Source: Callorhinchus milii
Lineage: Eukaryota
Direction: 5' to 3'
Assembly: GCF_018977255.1 (NCBI RefSeq)
Contig: NW_024704743.1
Coordinates: 16,432,001 to 16,496,000, forward strand
DNA: 64,000 nucleotides
Shown: positions 1 to 12,300 of the stretch, in pieces
How the letters are laid out: each line of letters starts with the position of its first letter
How positions within the stretch are numbered: position 1 is the stretch's first letter
Made by a program: the position numbers and the translations under genes
The notes under the pieces: generated by a model
Told to the model about the DNA's origin: nothing
The model's database searches: none
The model's input: the letters and a program-made list of their open reading frames with translations, nothing else

Positions 1-190
1 CCTGCCTGAAACCCTCTGCCTATCACCTTCTTTGCCCATCTTCAGATCGCACCTGAAAACTTTCTTTCTTGACCATGCCTACAGTCACCTTCCTTTTCTC
101 CCGCCTTGCTGTCAAGCTTCACCATTGTTCAGGGCTTGAAGACATTACTCCATGTGAAAGGAAGCTATATCAGTGCAAGTTATTGTTGTC
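1..190 (+). mobile_element. L2 LINE 3' end, degraded
   Basis: HLKTFFFDHAY-type ORF2 end, then ...tgtgaaaggaagctatatcagtgcaagttattgttg tail as in the other L2 copies. Confidence 0.7.
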
Positions 191-1200
191 TCTAACCCAC
201 TGATATAGTTTTCTTTTACATTTAACTTTCATTTAACTTTTATCTCATGCTCCCCATGACATTTATCTATATAATGACCAATCTTTTATTGGTGGTTAAG
301 TTGCATCAATCAAGGGCATCTGTGTTCACACACAGCGAATAATAGAGCTGTGTTTACATGTGGCCATAATGGACCCCATTATGAGCTCTTGTGCGATGAG
401 ATTGAGACTATAATAGGATAGTTCATGTACTGTTACCATTGTGCACCAATAGTTTTTTAATTCGCTTATGAAGCAGAGCAAGTCTACAGTGGTGGTGCAT
501 CCATCCTCATTATTATGGCCCTATAGCTTGATGTCTTAGAGGCTGCATCTCTCAGTGGAATGAGACTGGCATCTTTCAAAGCACATTTCATAAATGCACT
601 TGTTTTGATGGACTCTTGGATGAGTTCAGTGCAACCTCATTTGTCCTGGGAAATGGAAGGTGTACAGATAATCCATAAATATATTGCAAATTTGAAAAGG
701 AAACTGTTGTGAAATTCCTTTGTAGAAAAATGAAAAGCAGAGAAATAAAACGCGGAGATGTCGGTCAATATGGTTCAGTTGCAAATATCAGTCAATAGAT
801 GCAAACCGAGTAGTCATGTAACGTATTGATTGAACACATTGCAAATACTATAATCAATGGACTGAACAATCTAGTACAGAGAACTGAGGTTATGTAAATA
901 CAATAGTTGCATGTTTGCATTGTTAAAACGTAAGACCATAGGTAGGTAAAGTCGACCTGTTTTTTTTTCATCAAGGGCTCCGTGCTTACTTCAGTGTCCT
1001 ATGTTTAGAATGACATTGGGCAGATGTGAAGCAAGTTCTCTGTAGCCCTAACCAAAGTTGTAGCTAAGATTTATAAAAGCCTAAGTGGCAAGATTAAAAA
1101 GAGTCTTTCAGTGAAAGATTCAAAACATTTTGTGTTCTCTAACCTCCTTCCTCCCCTCCATAAATGGTGTTGGGAAGACAGGAGGCTGGAGAACCACCAT

Positions 1201-1545
1201 GTGGAGTCCTGTAGTGTATTGATTAGAGTAATCACCTCGCAAGCCGGTGGACCCTGGTTTGATTCGGGCAGGAGAAAACCATAGGCAAGTTTCCTTACTC
1301 CACATGCCTCTGATTAACTAGCAGTAAGTAGGAACCCGGTTGTTAGTCAATTGGCAGATCGCTTAAAAAATAATAATAATTTTGTTACTCAATCCACAAC
1401 TGTTTGTGGGACACTGTTATATGGAATTGGCTGCCGTGCTTCGCCCACAAAATATACAGTCAATCTTCTTTACAGTATATTCTATGAAGCGCTTTGAGAC
1501 ATCTCAACAATGTGATAAGGAGCTATATCAACTGCAAGAATTTTT
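1201..1545 (+). mobile_element. tRNA-derived SINE, long-linker type A, with Deu-like 3' half and L2-like tail
   Basis: gtggagtcctgtag head, ggcaagtttccttactccac, ctagcagtaagtaggaacc linker, ctgtttgtgggacactg core, gcgctttgagac tail. Confidence 0.9.
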
Positions 1546-2127
1546 TTCTTATGAATAGATGCTCATTTGCTCACTCACTAGTCTCAAAAAATATACTTGT
1601 GCATTTAGAAACAGAACAATAAATAGCTAACAAGCAGTTGAAGTGTTGTGCAACTGATGAATAAACTTACATTGAGACCTAATATTCCAGGCAATTGTTT
1701 TGGTGTCATCCTAACACAATTTTCCTGCATGGCTGCATTTTTCCTCTCAGACCTCTCTTGTATTTCTCCCACAGGAAGTCTTGTTGATGTGTTCTTCAGC
1801 TGCCATTTCGATGTGTTTCAGGTGGCAGAAGTTTAAGTGACAATGGTTTCTGAACGATGAGCAATGATGAGCAACAACTAGATAAGATGTGAAAATAAAT
1901 GTCTTAAAGGGAGCTTTGAAGCGATGTATTGTTAACGATATGCAAGATGCTCAGTGAGATCGAAATCAATCCAGAACAGAAATTGTAATAGGAAAGCCAG
2001 ATTTCAAGTGGAATGAGTTTACATGGTGCATATTCAACCCAAGTTTATTTTAAGGAATTCTGGGGTTTTCACATTGGTGAGGATGTGCCTCCTAACCTAA
2101 TGGCTGGGGTGGATCATGGGCTTGCTG

Positions 2128-2496
2128 TATTGGTGCAGTAGAGAGTACTTGTCAGGCTTGGGGGTCAGGCACATTGCAAGTAGTGAAGGCGGAAATGCTG
2201 CATTTCTTTTAATTTTTATTGTAGCTCATCTCAAGGAGCTTGATATTGTCAGCTGTTCAAGCAAAAGGATATTCCTTCCCACAGCAGTCATCAATCACCT
2301 CCTCAATACACAAAACCATTACACAGTAGAGCCATGTGAACAAGGAAGAGTAAGATGTGAACTAGTTGTTCTCAACGTGTATGTATATTTCTTTTGTTAA
2401 ATAAATGCTTCCACCTGTTAAAGCCATGACGATACGAATGTGCTTATTATCACTGATAATCCCAAAGCCTGACAAGTACCATCTACTGCACCAATA
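2128..2496. mobile_element. MER121-like non-autonomous element with about 36-bp inverted repeats
   Basis: tattggtgcagtagagagtacttgtcaggcttgggg at the left pairs with cccaaagcctgacaagtaccatctactgcaccaata at the right. Internal catctcaaggagcttgatattgtcagctg matches my recollection of the MER121 core. Confidence 0.75.
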
Positions 2497-2574
2497 TTCT
2501 TATCACCAATAACTACCAAAGGAGCTAGATTAATTACCATAGGAGCTGGATTAATGGTGAGGGCGTTGGATTAT

Positions 2575-2982
2575 GTGTCAGTTTGGCTCAGTGGTAGCAC
2601 TCTCAATCCTGAGTCAGAAGGTTGTGGGTTCAAGCCCCACGTCTAAAATGACATTCCAATGCAGTGCTGGGCTGTCATCGGAGGCGCCATCCTTTGGATG
2701 AGACATTAAATTGAAGTCCCATCTATCTGTTCAGGTGGACGTTAAAGATCCCATGGCACTATTCAAGAAGAGAAGGGAGTTTCACCTGGTGTCCTGCCCA
2801 ACAATGCTCCAAATAAAATAGGCCACTCATTCTGTGGCTGTTTGTGGTGCATTGCTGTGTGCAAACTGGCTGTCGGGGTTTACCCACAAAATACAGTCAA
2901 TCCACTTTACAGTATATCCTGTGAAGCGTTTTGCAGCCGTGATAAGACACCTTAACAAATGCAAGGATTGTTCTTATTGTTA
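2575..2982 (+). mobile_element. Full-length Deu-domain SINE (SacSINE1/AmnSINE1-related)
   Basis: tRNA-like head (ggctcagtggtagcactctc...ggttcaagccc), Deu core (ggatgagacattaaa...caggtggacgttaaagatcccatggcactatt), L2-type tail. Confidence 0.88.
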
Positions 2983-3261
2983 TGTCGGTGACAGCAACCA
3001 TATAGGCAAAAAATATTCCTGCACAAACCTTAACAGGACCCAGTATGACTTGTGCTTTTTTGGTAAATCCAAGAAATTATAAGTAGCTGGTTTACCACTT
3101 TAATTTCCCTTAGGTGGAATCCTGGCAGACAATCAATAATTCATGATTGTCCTGGGATGAAAGTTCCTAAATAATTGTCATTTTGTTTCTTTTAATAGAG
3201 TAAAACCTGGAAATTAATACTTTTTTAAGCATCTGATTTCTATTTTGTAAAACAACACTAG

Positions 3262-3369
3262 GAGGAAGAAAGTGAAGAGGAGCCAAAGCTAAAGTATGAA
3301 AGACTGGCTAATGGAGTCACAGAAATTTTGAAGAAAGATGCAGCAAGTTGCATGACTGTCCATGATAAG
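3262..3369 (+). CDS. VPS41: VPS41 exon (human exon 3 equivalent), [36 protein letters not shown]
   Basis: tag|GAG acceptor, AAG|gtaact donor, 108 nt. Confidence 0.96.
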
Positions 3370-6300
3370 GTAACTCCTTTATCTTTGTTATATTGCAGTG
3401 TTTTTTTTAAAAAAAAGACGTACAAAGATGCAATGGAAACTTGCCTTTCACTTTCCTTACTTTTTTTTCTGTCTGACTAATAATGTGATGTGCAATTACA
3501 TTGCGCTATTAACGTTGAATAATTTGTTTGCATAACCTATAGCATCTCATTGTAATTCATATGCATTGATAATTCTGCTTTAAATAAAACTGTTTTCCCA
3601 TAATTTACTGAATCATTAACCATTTAAGATTCTTTCCCCTCCCCCACCTGCCCCCTTCTTCAGAGTAATTTTTTTTATTTTTAAAGCATCATACTTTCAC
3701 CAGCATCAGTCTGTACCAGATGACTAATCGTCATGGCACTTGGTGCATTCAAGCAAGCTTGTGCAGTGGAATAGTCATACCTAGTTATGTCTGAACACCT
3801 GATGTTTTATTAACCAGTATTGATTTTTTTTTACCCGGGGGACTTTCTTCCTGGGGAAAAAAAAGCAACCTTGCAGGAGCGAAAGACATTGCAGGGCTGA
3901 ATTTGTAATGAGCTGCCTCTTCCTTTTCTCTCCCCTAATGCAGGTTCATGTTATAAGTGCCTGAATTTAATTTTCATTTTAGCAATTCCATCTTGATAAA
4001 TCCTTTTTAAACCTCAAGTTAATGGAAGGTTATTTTTTAGATGGTGCTGGTTGACTGACGTGCTTGCTAGTGCCTGTAAATATGAGCATTTCATTAGAGC
4101 ATCCAATCAAGCATGCCCAGATGCACATAAATACTGTGATTTGAGTTGCCCCAGAATTTGGTTAATGCATCAAACTCAAATTTATTGATTCAATGTTCAC
4201 TTTTCTATTTTTTTAAGCAAAGCATGTTTTAAATGTGCTTTATTTTCTTGTTGAAATTGAAACATTTAACAGAACTTGCAGGTTTATCAACAGAACCCGG
4301 ATGTGTCCATATTATTATTTTTGTGTTTTGCAGCAGATTTTATGTTTAATATTTTCCTAATTCTGTTTTGCTGAATGGTTTCCTTAAACGTTTCTTTTGT
4401 CCTTGCTTCACAAATGCCTAGGTCCTATTTTAGCACTACATTTTTAATTTGCTGCCACAGTTCATCAGTAAGGAAGCACAAGCTGCAAAGACACAATTTG
4501 TTGTCGGTGGATGAGCCGCCCTTCATGACTCATCCTGACAGCTAACCAGTTCTTACACAATCATATTGGCCCGAAAGCCTTATTTTGAGTAAAGATGTCA
4601 CTGGATTAAGGCAAAAATGTTCTTTTCTTAATGCAGGTGAACAGTAAAGTAATTAGCAGAAAAAATCTATTGTCATAATTATAATGCAGTCGGATATTTG
4701 TTAAGTAGGTTGAGCTGTGCATTTTGCACATAAGCAGAATTGCAAAGACAGCAGTCGGGATAGCAATGTCAGGTCCACATAGCACTGTTTGCCACAATGT
4801 GTGCAAAACAGTGAAACTAATGTGAAAGCGAAGAGTCTCCTCTCCTACAATGCAAAATGTATAAAGGGTTACTGTGATTTTATTGTATCAGATAGATGTC
4901 TCTATTATATTGCATACAATGCTGTAGAGCCACACAAAATTTTTTGAATTTGTAAAATGTGTAAATGGATTTTTTAAAAAATTATCAGAGTTTGTCCGAC
5001 CGATGCAAAGAATGCACAACAATAGAATACATGTATAGCTTACGTTCATTGAGCTTCTGATTACAGGTTTGTGTGATAACTGGCAATCCCGGGTACACTG
5101 ATTGTTATTGTGCATTGATTAATGTACCCTTCCGACCCAGATGTGTTTTCATCAGGTGTGACTTAAATTTTAGACAGTGAAAATGAGAAAGATCTTCAAC
5201 TATTTAATCCTACACTATATTACTTGTGTTTTTGCAAATGATTTACCATTATTGCCTTGTCTGTTACCCCATATTGGACTTGTAATATCATACCAGGGTA
5301 ATTCACAGCACATTTTAGAATTGTAATGGGCTCATAAATGTTTAATTTCATCTTGAGTTGATTCTCAGAACTTATTTTTAAATGATACATTTTTTATAAT
5401 ACATTTACCAATGTACTGTGATAAACGGTTCCTTTTGGGCAGTAATGAATAAGGGGAAAGTAGGATGTTTTTGGACAGCAGAATTGGTGTTAGAATTGTT
5501 AGAATTGGATGTATGGTACCCAGATTTGTGCTTTGAGACGTCTTGAAGATGTGAAAAGTGCTATATCAAATTCAAGGATTATTATTATTTGATTGTACTG
5601 TGAACTGTATTACAGTTTTTAGCACTGGGGACACATCAAGGCAAGGTCTACTTACTGGACATTCAAGGAAACAAGACCCAACAATTTGATATTGTAAGTA
5701 TGATATCTAAGTGTTACATTTGTTTTCTCCCCACCTTAATTTTTTATTTTTTTTACCCTCTTGTTTTTTCCCCTCTTTCTCTTTCCTCCCTCCCCCACTA
5801 AAATTTACAACTTGGGACATTGTAAGCATGAAAACACACCCTCTTATACCAATATACCTTGCTGCTGAATTACTGGTGATTTTAATCGGAAGGCTGTGAG
5901 GTTGATCTGAAGGTGTAAAGGATAAGTGAATATATTGCATACTGGTTTTGTTCCAGGAAGTACAGTATGAACCAGTGACACTCCTTGTTCTATAGCAGTA
6001 GCTGATGTAGCATATCTATTCCCTGCAAGTCATGTTTAAAAAGTAATATTATACCATCTAGATGTATATATCTAATTCTTCATTCCTCTTTGACTACGCC
6101 TTCGGTCGCCCTCCTACCCTAACTCTCCCTGCCCTCCACCCCTCGTGATCCCAATCCCCAGCTTGGGTTTAAACCCTTGACTGTCCAGTGCCTTGAGACG
6201 TCCTCATGACGTGAAAGGCACTATACAAATGAAATTTGTTGTTGTTGTTTATTGTTTCCTCATTATTTGTCCATGCCATGATGACCTAAAGTAATATGTA

Positions 6301-9300
6301 TCGTAAAGTACTTTGAAATTTCTTTTGTATGTGAAAGATGCTCAGTAAATACAAGTTGTATATCAAACAACAGGCATTTTTGCTGAGTTTTCCACCCACT
6401 GTTTGTTGAATTCATGAGAGAAAATCCAACTTTAAAAATAGAGTTGTGAACCAATTATTTACTGTGTTCCCTTAGTTTATACTTTTACTCTCATCAGTAA
6501 ATGTTTTCTCTTAAAGAACATGAAGACATTTTTAAAGTCTTGCCCTTTTTCATGGAATTTTACAGCACAGAAAGAGGCTATTTTTAGACATTCCCGCTTC
6601 TCCCCTTCCCCTGCCAACCCCCCCCCCCCCCCCCCCACGTGATTTGTTTCTTGAATACATTTACTTTGTAGAACATCTGGTTAAATTCAGATTAGCTTCT
6701 CTGTTTCCTATTGAGTAACCCTATTTTGGAAAAATGCCAGTCCATTTCGAAACGTTTTAAATCCACCTCTAAGCTGAGGTGGTATATTGTGTGTGCTCGC
6801 TCTTGTGATAAATTTGAGGTTCAAGTCAACTTCTAGTTTCCATTCAAAACTTGGCTATTTCAAATCTAATTTTTAAATAATGGAAACCTTTGCAGCATTT
6901 ATAGTTTATAGTATATGTTCCTGCAATTCCTTCTCGCTTTAGCAGCTTGTTTTTCATTAGCAAACGACAAACTCTCCTTCACAGCATTCTGAGACAATAT
7001 CCACCTCTTGGAAAGAGTTTGTGCCAAGACTGCTAATCTGGAAGAACCTTGCATGAAGCCGGCTTAAAAAGAATTATAAAAAATCAGTACTGGTTAGATG
7101 CCAACTGTATGGATGGTAAAATGGTATACTTGCATACAGAGCAGATGGTTAGCATTGTTCGAGAGAAATGGAGTGAATAAACAAAATTACATAGTTAATG
7201 ACCTGGGTGGAAAGGGGGTGGGAGGTGGTAGAGGAGGATTAAACCTATTTGAGAAAGGGAAGAAAATAACTCGACCATGAAAATCATGCAAATGGAAGCA
7301 GCCAGAGGTGGCTGAATAACTGGCCCAAACTGCAGTTGAGTTTTCCTTTTGTTTTTGTATTTTTCCAAGAAGTTAACTTCTTGAATGAATATAACAATCT
7401 GTTTTTCGCTTCTCTTAACATTGCTGCAACTAATGCCACTATAGACAGTCTCTGTTAAAATAAACCATGTTTTATTATTAAATGAAGTGATGCTACAGTT
7501 CAGATTTGCAACCCGTTCAGTTCGACTCCAATGTGTGATGTGTGACCAGCGTTATTAAAAATGGATACAAGAGCATACATCAAGATGAAAATGTTGGGTC
7601 AGTGACTTCATCATGTCATATCTTCAGATTTTTTAACAAGACCTCTTCAATAATGCCAGAACAGGTATATTTATTCTCCAGAACAGTTTGTGTGTGCACA
7701 ATAGTAGCTATTTTGGGAATATCTTTCTGTGAATCAGTACAGTACTCTGAGCGTGTTCCTTACAGAGAGAGTATTAAAAAAATAAAAGAATTGCAAGGCA
7801 TTGTGAAACTCAATGCGTGCGTGTATGTATGTATCACTGCTATTGACTGTTCAGAGATTGGCTCTGAGGGTATACTGAGCCCAATGGTGCGAGAGAACTG
7901 AATTATTATCAGCAGTTACAGTAATTAAGACCAAGTGCTTCAGTGATCTTGTCAATTAACCATGTGTGCTAATTCAGCTCCTTGTCAGATATAGCTATTT
8001 CCTCCTTCTCCCCCCCCCCCCCCCAACCAGCACAATGTAATTTTCCTTTACGGTTTAAACTGATACGTGCAAAATAAATTCACCAGAGTAGGAGGTAAAG
8101 GATGTTAATCCTAATTCTTTCATATGTTTATTGGTGACTTGTTGGCAAGGTGAGTCTATGTGCAGCCAGTGTGAGGATGGTGTTGCTGCACTTTAACCCC
8201 TTTATCCACAACTATTTTGGCATATAAAGTAAGTTTATATCAGGCAGGTACAGCTTACAATTATGAGAGTCCGACTCACTCGCTGATTCACTCACTCACT
8301 CTCGACCACAGATCTGCTGGCAAAAGCATACCCTCATCTGGGAGCGCTACAGCAATATGCACCAAGACAGTAGAACACAAGGCATAGATTTATTTAGAGT
8401 TACAAAAACCAATTTGCAATTAGGTACCAGGAGGTTTTTCTTCATTCAGAAGTTAATTAATGACATAAACAGGTAGCCAAGAAGGGAATTGAGGCCAGGA
8501 CTTCTTTTTTATAAATATATTGATATATTTATAACATATATATTTTATAAATATATACTTGATGGTGTGATGGGAAGATGGTAGGGTGGGTGCAACAGCT
8601 TGCATTTATATAGCGGTCTTCATGTGGGGTAGAGTCCCGGAGCGCTTGATGGTGGTGGAGTCTGACACCAAGCCGTAGGAGTGGGAGGGGTGAGGTGATT
8701 GTAAACACATTTTGAGGGATTAATAGAGTTCCAGAGTTTGTTTGTGAGAGTCCCACTTCCTTTTGGAAGGATGAAATCAGATGGGCGAAGGGCTTTCTTT
8801 ATCCGAACTGATCTCGTAATTACCAAGCTGTTGGGCTCCTGCTTGTGGTGGTAATCGAGGTGACCACTGATATCAGAGGCTGGTTTCCCACTCCACTTTG
8901 AAAATCCGCTTTGTTGGTAATTGGATCAATTCAGCTCGCTGAATGAATAAAATAAAACATCTAATATTGTGACTGAGACTTTTAGTTCTCACAGCTTGCA
9001 AACGTTCTGACATAATAATAATAAACATAATCCTTACATTTGATATAGTGCCATTCATGTCAGGACGATGTTTCAAAGCGCCACACAAGATCAACTATAA
9101 AGTCGAGTGGATGTTTTTGGAGGTGACATCTGGTCTAGTTGGAAAGTATTAGTGAAATAACTATTTAAAATGTAAATATTACTCCAAAGCTTTGTGCTTG
9201 GTTAGGAAACTGTTGCAACATGATTTATGTGCAGCATTCCTGTATGCTGTTGATCTTAATAATGATAATAATAATAATCATTCTTGCATTTGATATGCAT

Positions 9301-12300
9301 TTATCACATCGTCGCAATGTCTCAAAGCGCTTCACAGAATATACAGTAAAGTGAATTGCGTGATTTATGGGCGAAACGTGGCAGCCAATTGTGCACAGGA
9401 GTGTTCCACAAAGAGTTGTGGATTGAGTGGCCATATTATTATTTAAAAAACTTATTTGACGATCCACCAATCGACTAACAACTGGGTTCTGTCGTACTGC
9501 TAGATAAACAGAGGCGTGCAGAGTAAGGAAGCTTGCCTAAGTTATCGCCCTGCCTGGGAGTCACACTCTTACTTGCTTAGGCGAGTGCTCTAACCACTAC
9601 GCTACAGCACTCCCATCTTTGACAATTCTTCTGAGCCTGTGGTTTGTTCATATTGTAAGCAAATAACTTTCTAAATTAAGATAATGGAGTGGGGGGGGGG
9701 CAGATATGGAGAAGTGGTGACAGTGTTGAGACATTGATGTAGTGGTTTGCTTTCTTTCACTGTTCAAGTCCGAATGTTAGAGTGATGTCTTTCCTGCTCG
9801 GTATCAAAATTACTTGAAAGTAAAAAGGAGTGAAATTCTCCACATATTTGAAGGTAAGCCCCATTTAACACGGGTTGCTGGGCAGCCCATGGAATCACAA
9901 AAACACATCAGAGAAGCAACCTGGAACCAGATACTTCCTTCACTTTGCCCCTGAACAGCATCCTATTTCCTCTCCTCACACAGGCTCGCGCACTTGCTCT
10001 TTCTCCACATAACTATTCTTACAGCATGCTTCCAAACCAGATTTTCCATAGGGATGCAGCATTTGTGAAAGAATCAATTACCTATTTGTTAGCAAGGGAA
10101 GCTTTACAAATTACCCATTAGCTGATTGATCATTCTGGCATCTGTTGGGTATCCGAGTCTGAAGCTGGTGTTATGGGTGTTGAGGGAAAAGACTTCACCA
10201 AAAGGAATAGAATTGTAGAACTCTTTCTTAATGGTAACAATTTTATTTCTAGTTAAGCAGCTGACACAGTGTATGCTCACAGCATTCTGACTGTATTTTA
10301 TAATCTAACAGGGTTAGGGAGGGGATTGACTGCAAAGTTACTTATATTGAATTGTACCTTGTTTTTCTTTGTGGTTTGATTTTGTCTTGAACCAAAAGAA
10401 CGTGAGTTAATTATGACAGTGAAGAGGAAGGATGCCCTGTAAATGTAGAACTGGAGGACATGTGGTGCGTTTTAGTTTGGATAATAATATTGCTTACATT
10501 TGATAGAGCACCTTTCATATCAGGAGGACATCTCAAAGCACTTCATATGATATTCTGTAAAGAGTGTCTGCGTTTTTGTGGACAAACCCGGCAGCCAGTT
10601 TTTCACATAGCAGTGTTTCACAAACAGCCACGAAGTGAATGACTAATTTTATTTGGGGGATTGTTGGCCAGAACACGGAGAAACTCGAATAGTGCAGTGG
10701 GATCTTTAATGTCCACCTAAACAGGCAGATGTGGCCTCAGTTTAACGGCTGATCCAAAGGACGGTACCTCCACCTATGCAGCACACCACCACACTGCATT
10801 GGAGTGTCAATACAGACTATACGAGTTTCAAGTCCCATTGTGCGGCTTGAACCCACAACCTTCTGACTCAGTGGAGTGCTATCAACCGAGTCAGGCTGAT
10901 ACACACGTTTGTTTGCTTTTTAAAATGCAAACTTCTCTTGAAAAATGTCACTGCTGGGTCAAAACCTTAGGTGTTGGACTTCAATTTGTTACATAAATTT
11001 GGACACTGAATTCCTCAAATTTGCATAAAGTAGAATAATCTAACCTCTAATCGAAAGGAAAGTGTTGCTACAAGTGAGGTCAGGTATTGTGCAAAGCTTT
11101 AACCTAAATAGACTTTTTTTGTTAAATCTACCTGTAAGCCTTTTATCTGGTGCCCACAGCTGTTTATTTAACAGTGCTTCTAAATGACCAATCTTGACTG
11201 GCCCCCACCCTCCAAGGGTGAAACACAGATACAGTGCAATCCGCTCAGTCGAGTATAAACACAGCATGAATTGCTGGAAAAAATGCCTGAAACAGAGAAG
11301 TGCATCTCCAGCAGGGATTCCCCCAAGTACATTACGCCAACTCCTGAGAATTGTGCTCTGAGTTTGGTTCAGAACCAAGGTCTCATGCAAATGTGACTTA
11401 AACCGCCTTCTGCAAATGCATTTTACATCTCAAGGCTCAAGAGATCTGATCAAAGATACTATTTACACTACCAATTTGCTGTTCGAGCTCAGTTAATGCC
11501 ATTTGACTGCACAATGTGTTACTGTAAGAAAGAGGATGTGTAGGAGGAGGTGGCGAGAGTGCTGATTTGTTTACACATTATTGATAGAATGGTTATTATT
11601 AACGGAATGGCTTCATAAGGTAGGGAGTTTTATTTTTCTCCCATCTTTCCGTTCTCAGTAAGAACACATTGCACAACCTCCCTTTCCAGGAGAATGGGCA
11701 GCTGGTGGACTCTCATCATGATTTTTCTTTCCTAAGAGGAGCCGTCTAATCTGTAAGTTTATCTTTGGGGAGTCGACGCACAACCCTAGGTCCTAGCAGT
11801 GATTACCATTTTGGATGGGAAACATTCAGTCCCTTTCTGTACAATAGGTTTATGCTGTGCTCAGTTTTAGAATGTAGACGTTTGTTTGAAATGTTGCATT
11901 GCACCGGGGGTAATAATCCCTCCCAAAAAAAATTGGGTCAATCAATCCAAGACTGTTTGTGGGACACTACTGTGTGGGATTGGCTGCCATGTTTCGCCCA
12001 CAAAATATATAATCAGCTCACATCATAGTGTAATCTGTGAGGTGCTTTGTGATGTCTCATTGACGCGAGAAGGTGCTATATCAAATGCAATGATTATTAT
12101 TATGTATGTGAATATATGGGGTGTTTAAGAGGTGCAGCGGATACAACTTCTAGGGTAGTATAGCAGCATTGCTGATTGCATTCCCAGTATTTAGTTTTAC
12201 TATTCAATAGTAGCTTGAGCCTTGCACTAAAGTCATGCATCAGTGGAGTCTGGCAAAGGTGTATGAATTTAATAGCTCCATTAACGCCACTTAACACAAT

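Noticed and set aside
1855..1935. atgatga motif as a C/D snoRNA C box
   Set aside because: No properly placed D box with a terminal stem
1..3261. VPS41 exons 1-2 or promoter
   Set aside because: No matching acidic mini-exon or CpG island found; they probably lie upstream of the window
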